Part shown: in pieces, positions 6,198 to 6,216 of the stretch
Layout: each line of letters opens with the position of its first letter
Position numbering within the stretch: position 1 is the first letter of the stretch
Assembly: GCA_018985225.1 (NCBI GenBank)
Contig: JADGIF010000598.1
Span: 1 to 6,216, forward strand
Reading direction: 5' to 3'
DNA: 6,216 nucleotides
Source of the DNA: Amoeboradix gromovi X-113
Taxonomy: Eukaryota; Fungi; Sanchytriomycota
The notes under the pieces: generated by a model
Told to the model about the DNA's origin: nothing
Databases searched by the model: none
Seen by the model: only the letters and a program-made list of their open reading frames with translations
Position numbers and translations under genes: made by a program

Positions 6198-6216
6198 CAT
6201 CCTTATTTAATCCCGT

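Overview
AT-rich, gene-dense eukaryotic DNA. The Sec61 sequence looks fungal/holomycotan, but the taxon cannot be fixed from sequence alone. From left to right: (1) 5' part of a minus-strand Pro/Asn-rich protein with a 48-bp (16-aa) tandem repeat running off the window; (2) a divergent, apparently stand-alone Nup96/Nup145C-like nucleoporin (510-1977, minus); (3) a single ORF fusing a NUDT5/Ysa1-type Nudix hydrolase to a PHYHD1-type Fe(II)/2-oxoglutarate dioxygenase (2500-3894, plus); (4) Sec61 alpha (3984-5430, minus); (5) a decayed region with a degenerate ~130-140-bp duplication and two tandem 112-bp relics encoding the TnpB/Fanzor C-terminal zinc ribbon plus RuvC-III-like motif. The ORF track breaks both Nup96 and Sec61. 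Each is repaired by removing a GT-AG intron of exactly 19 nt, and the two introns share an ACTAAY branch motif at the same position. All three complete genes have AATAAA within 0-4 nt of the stop codon.
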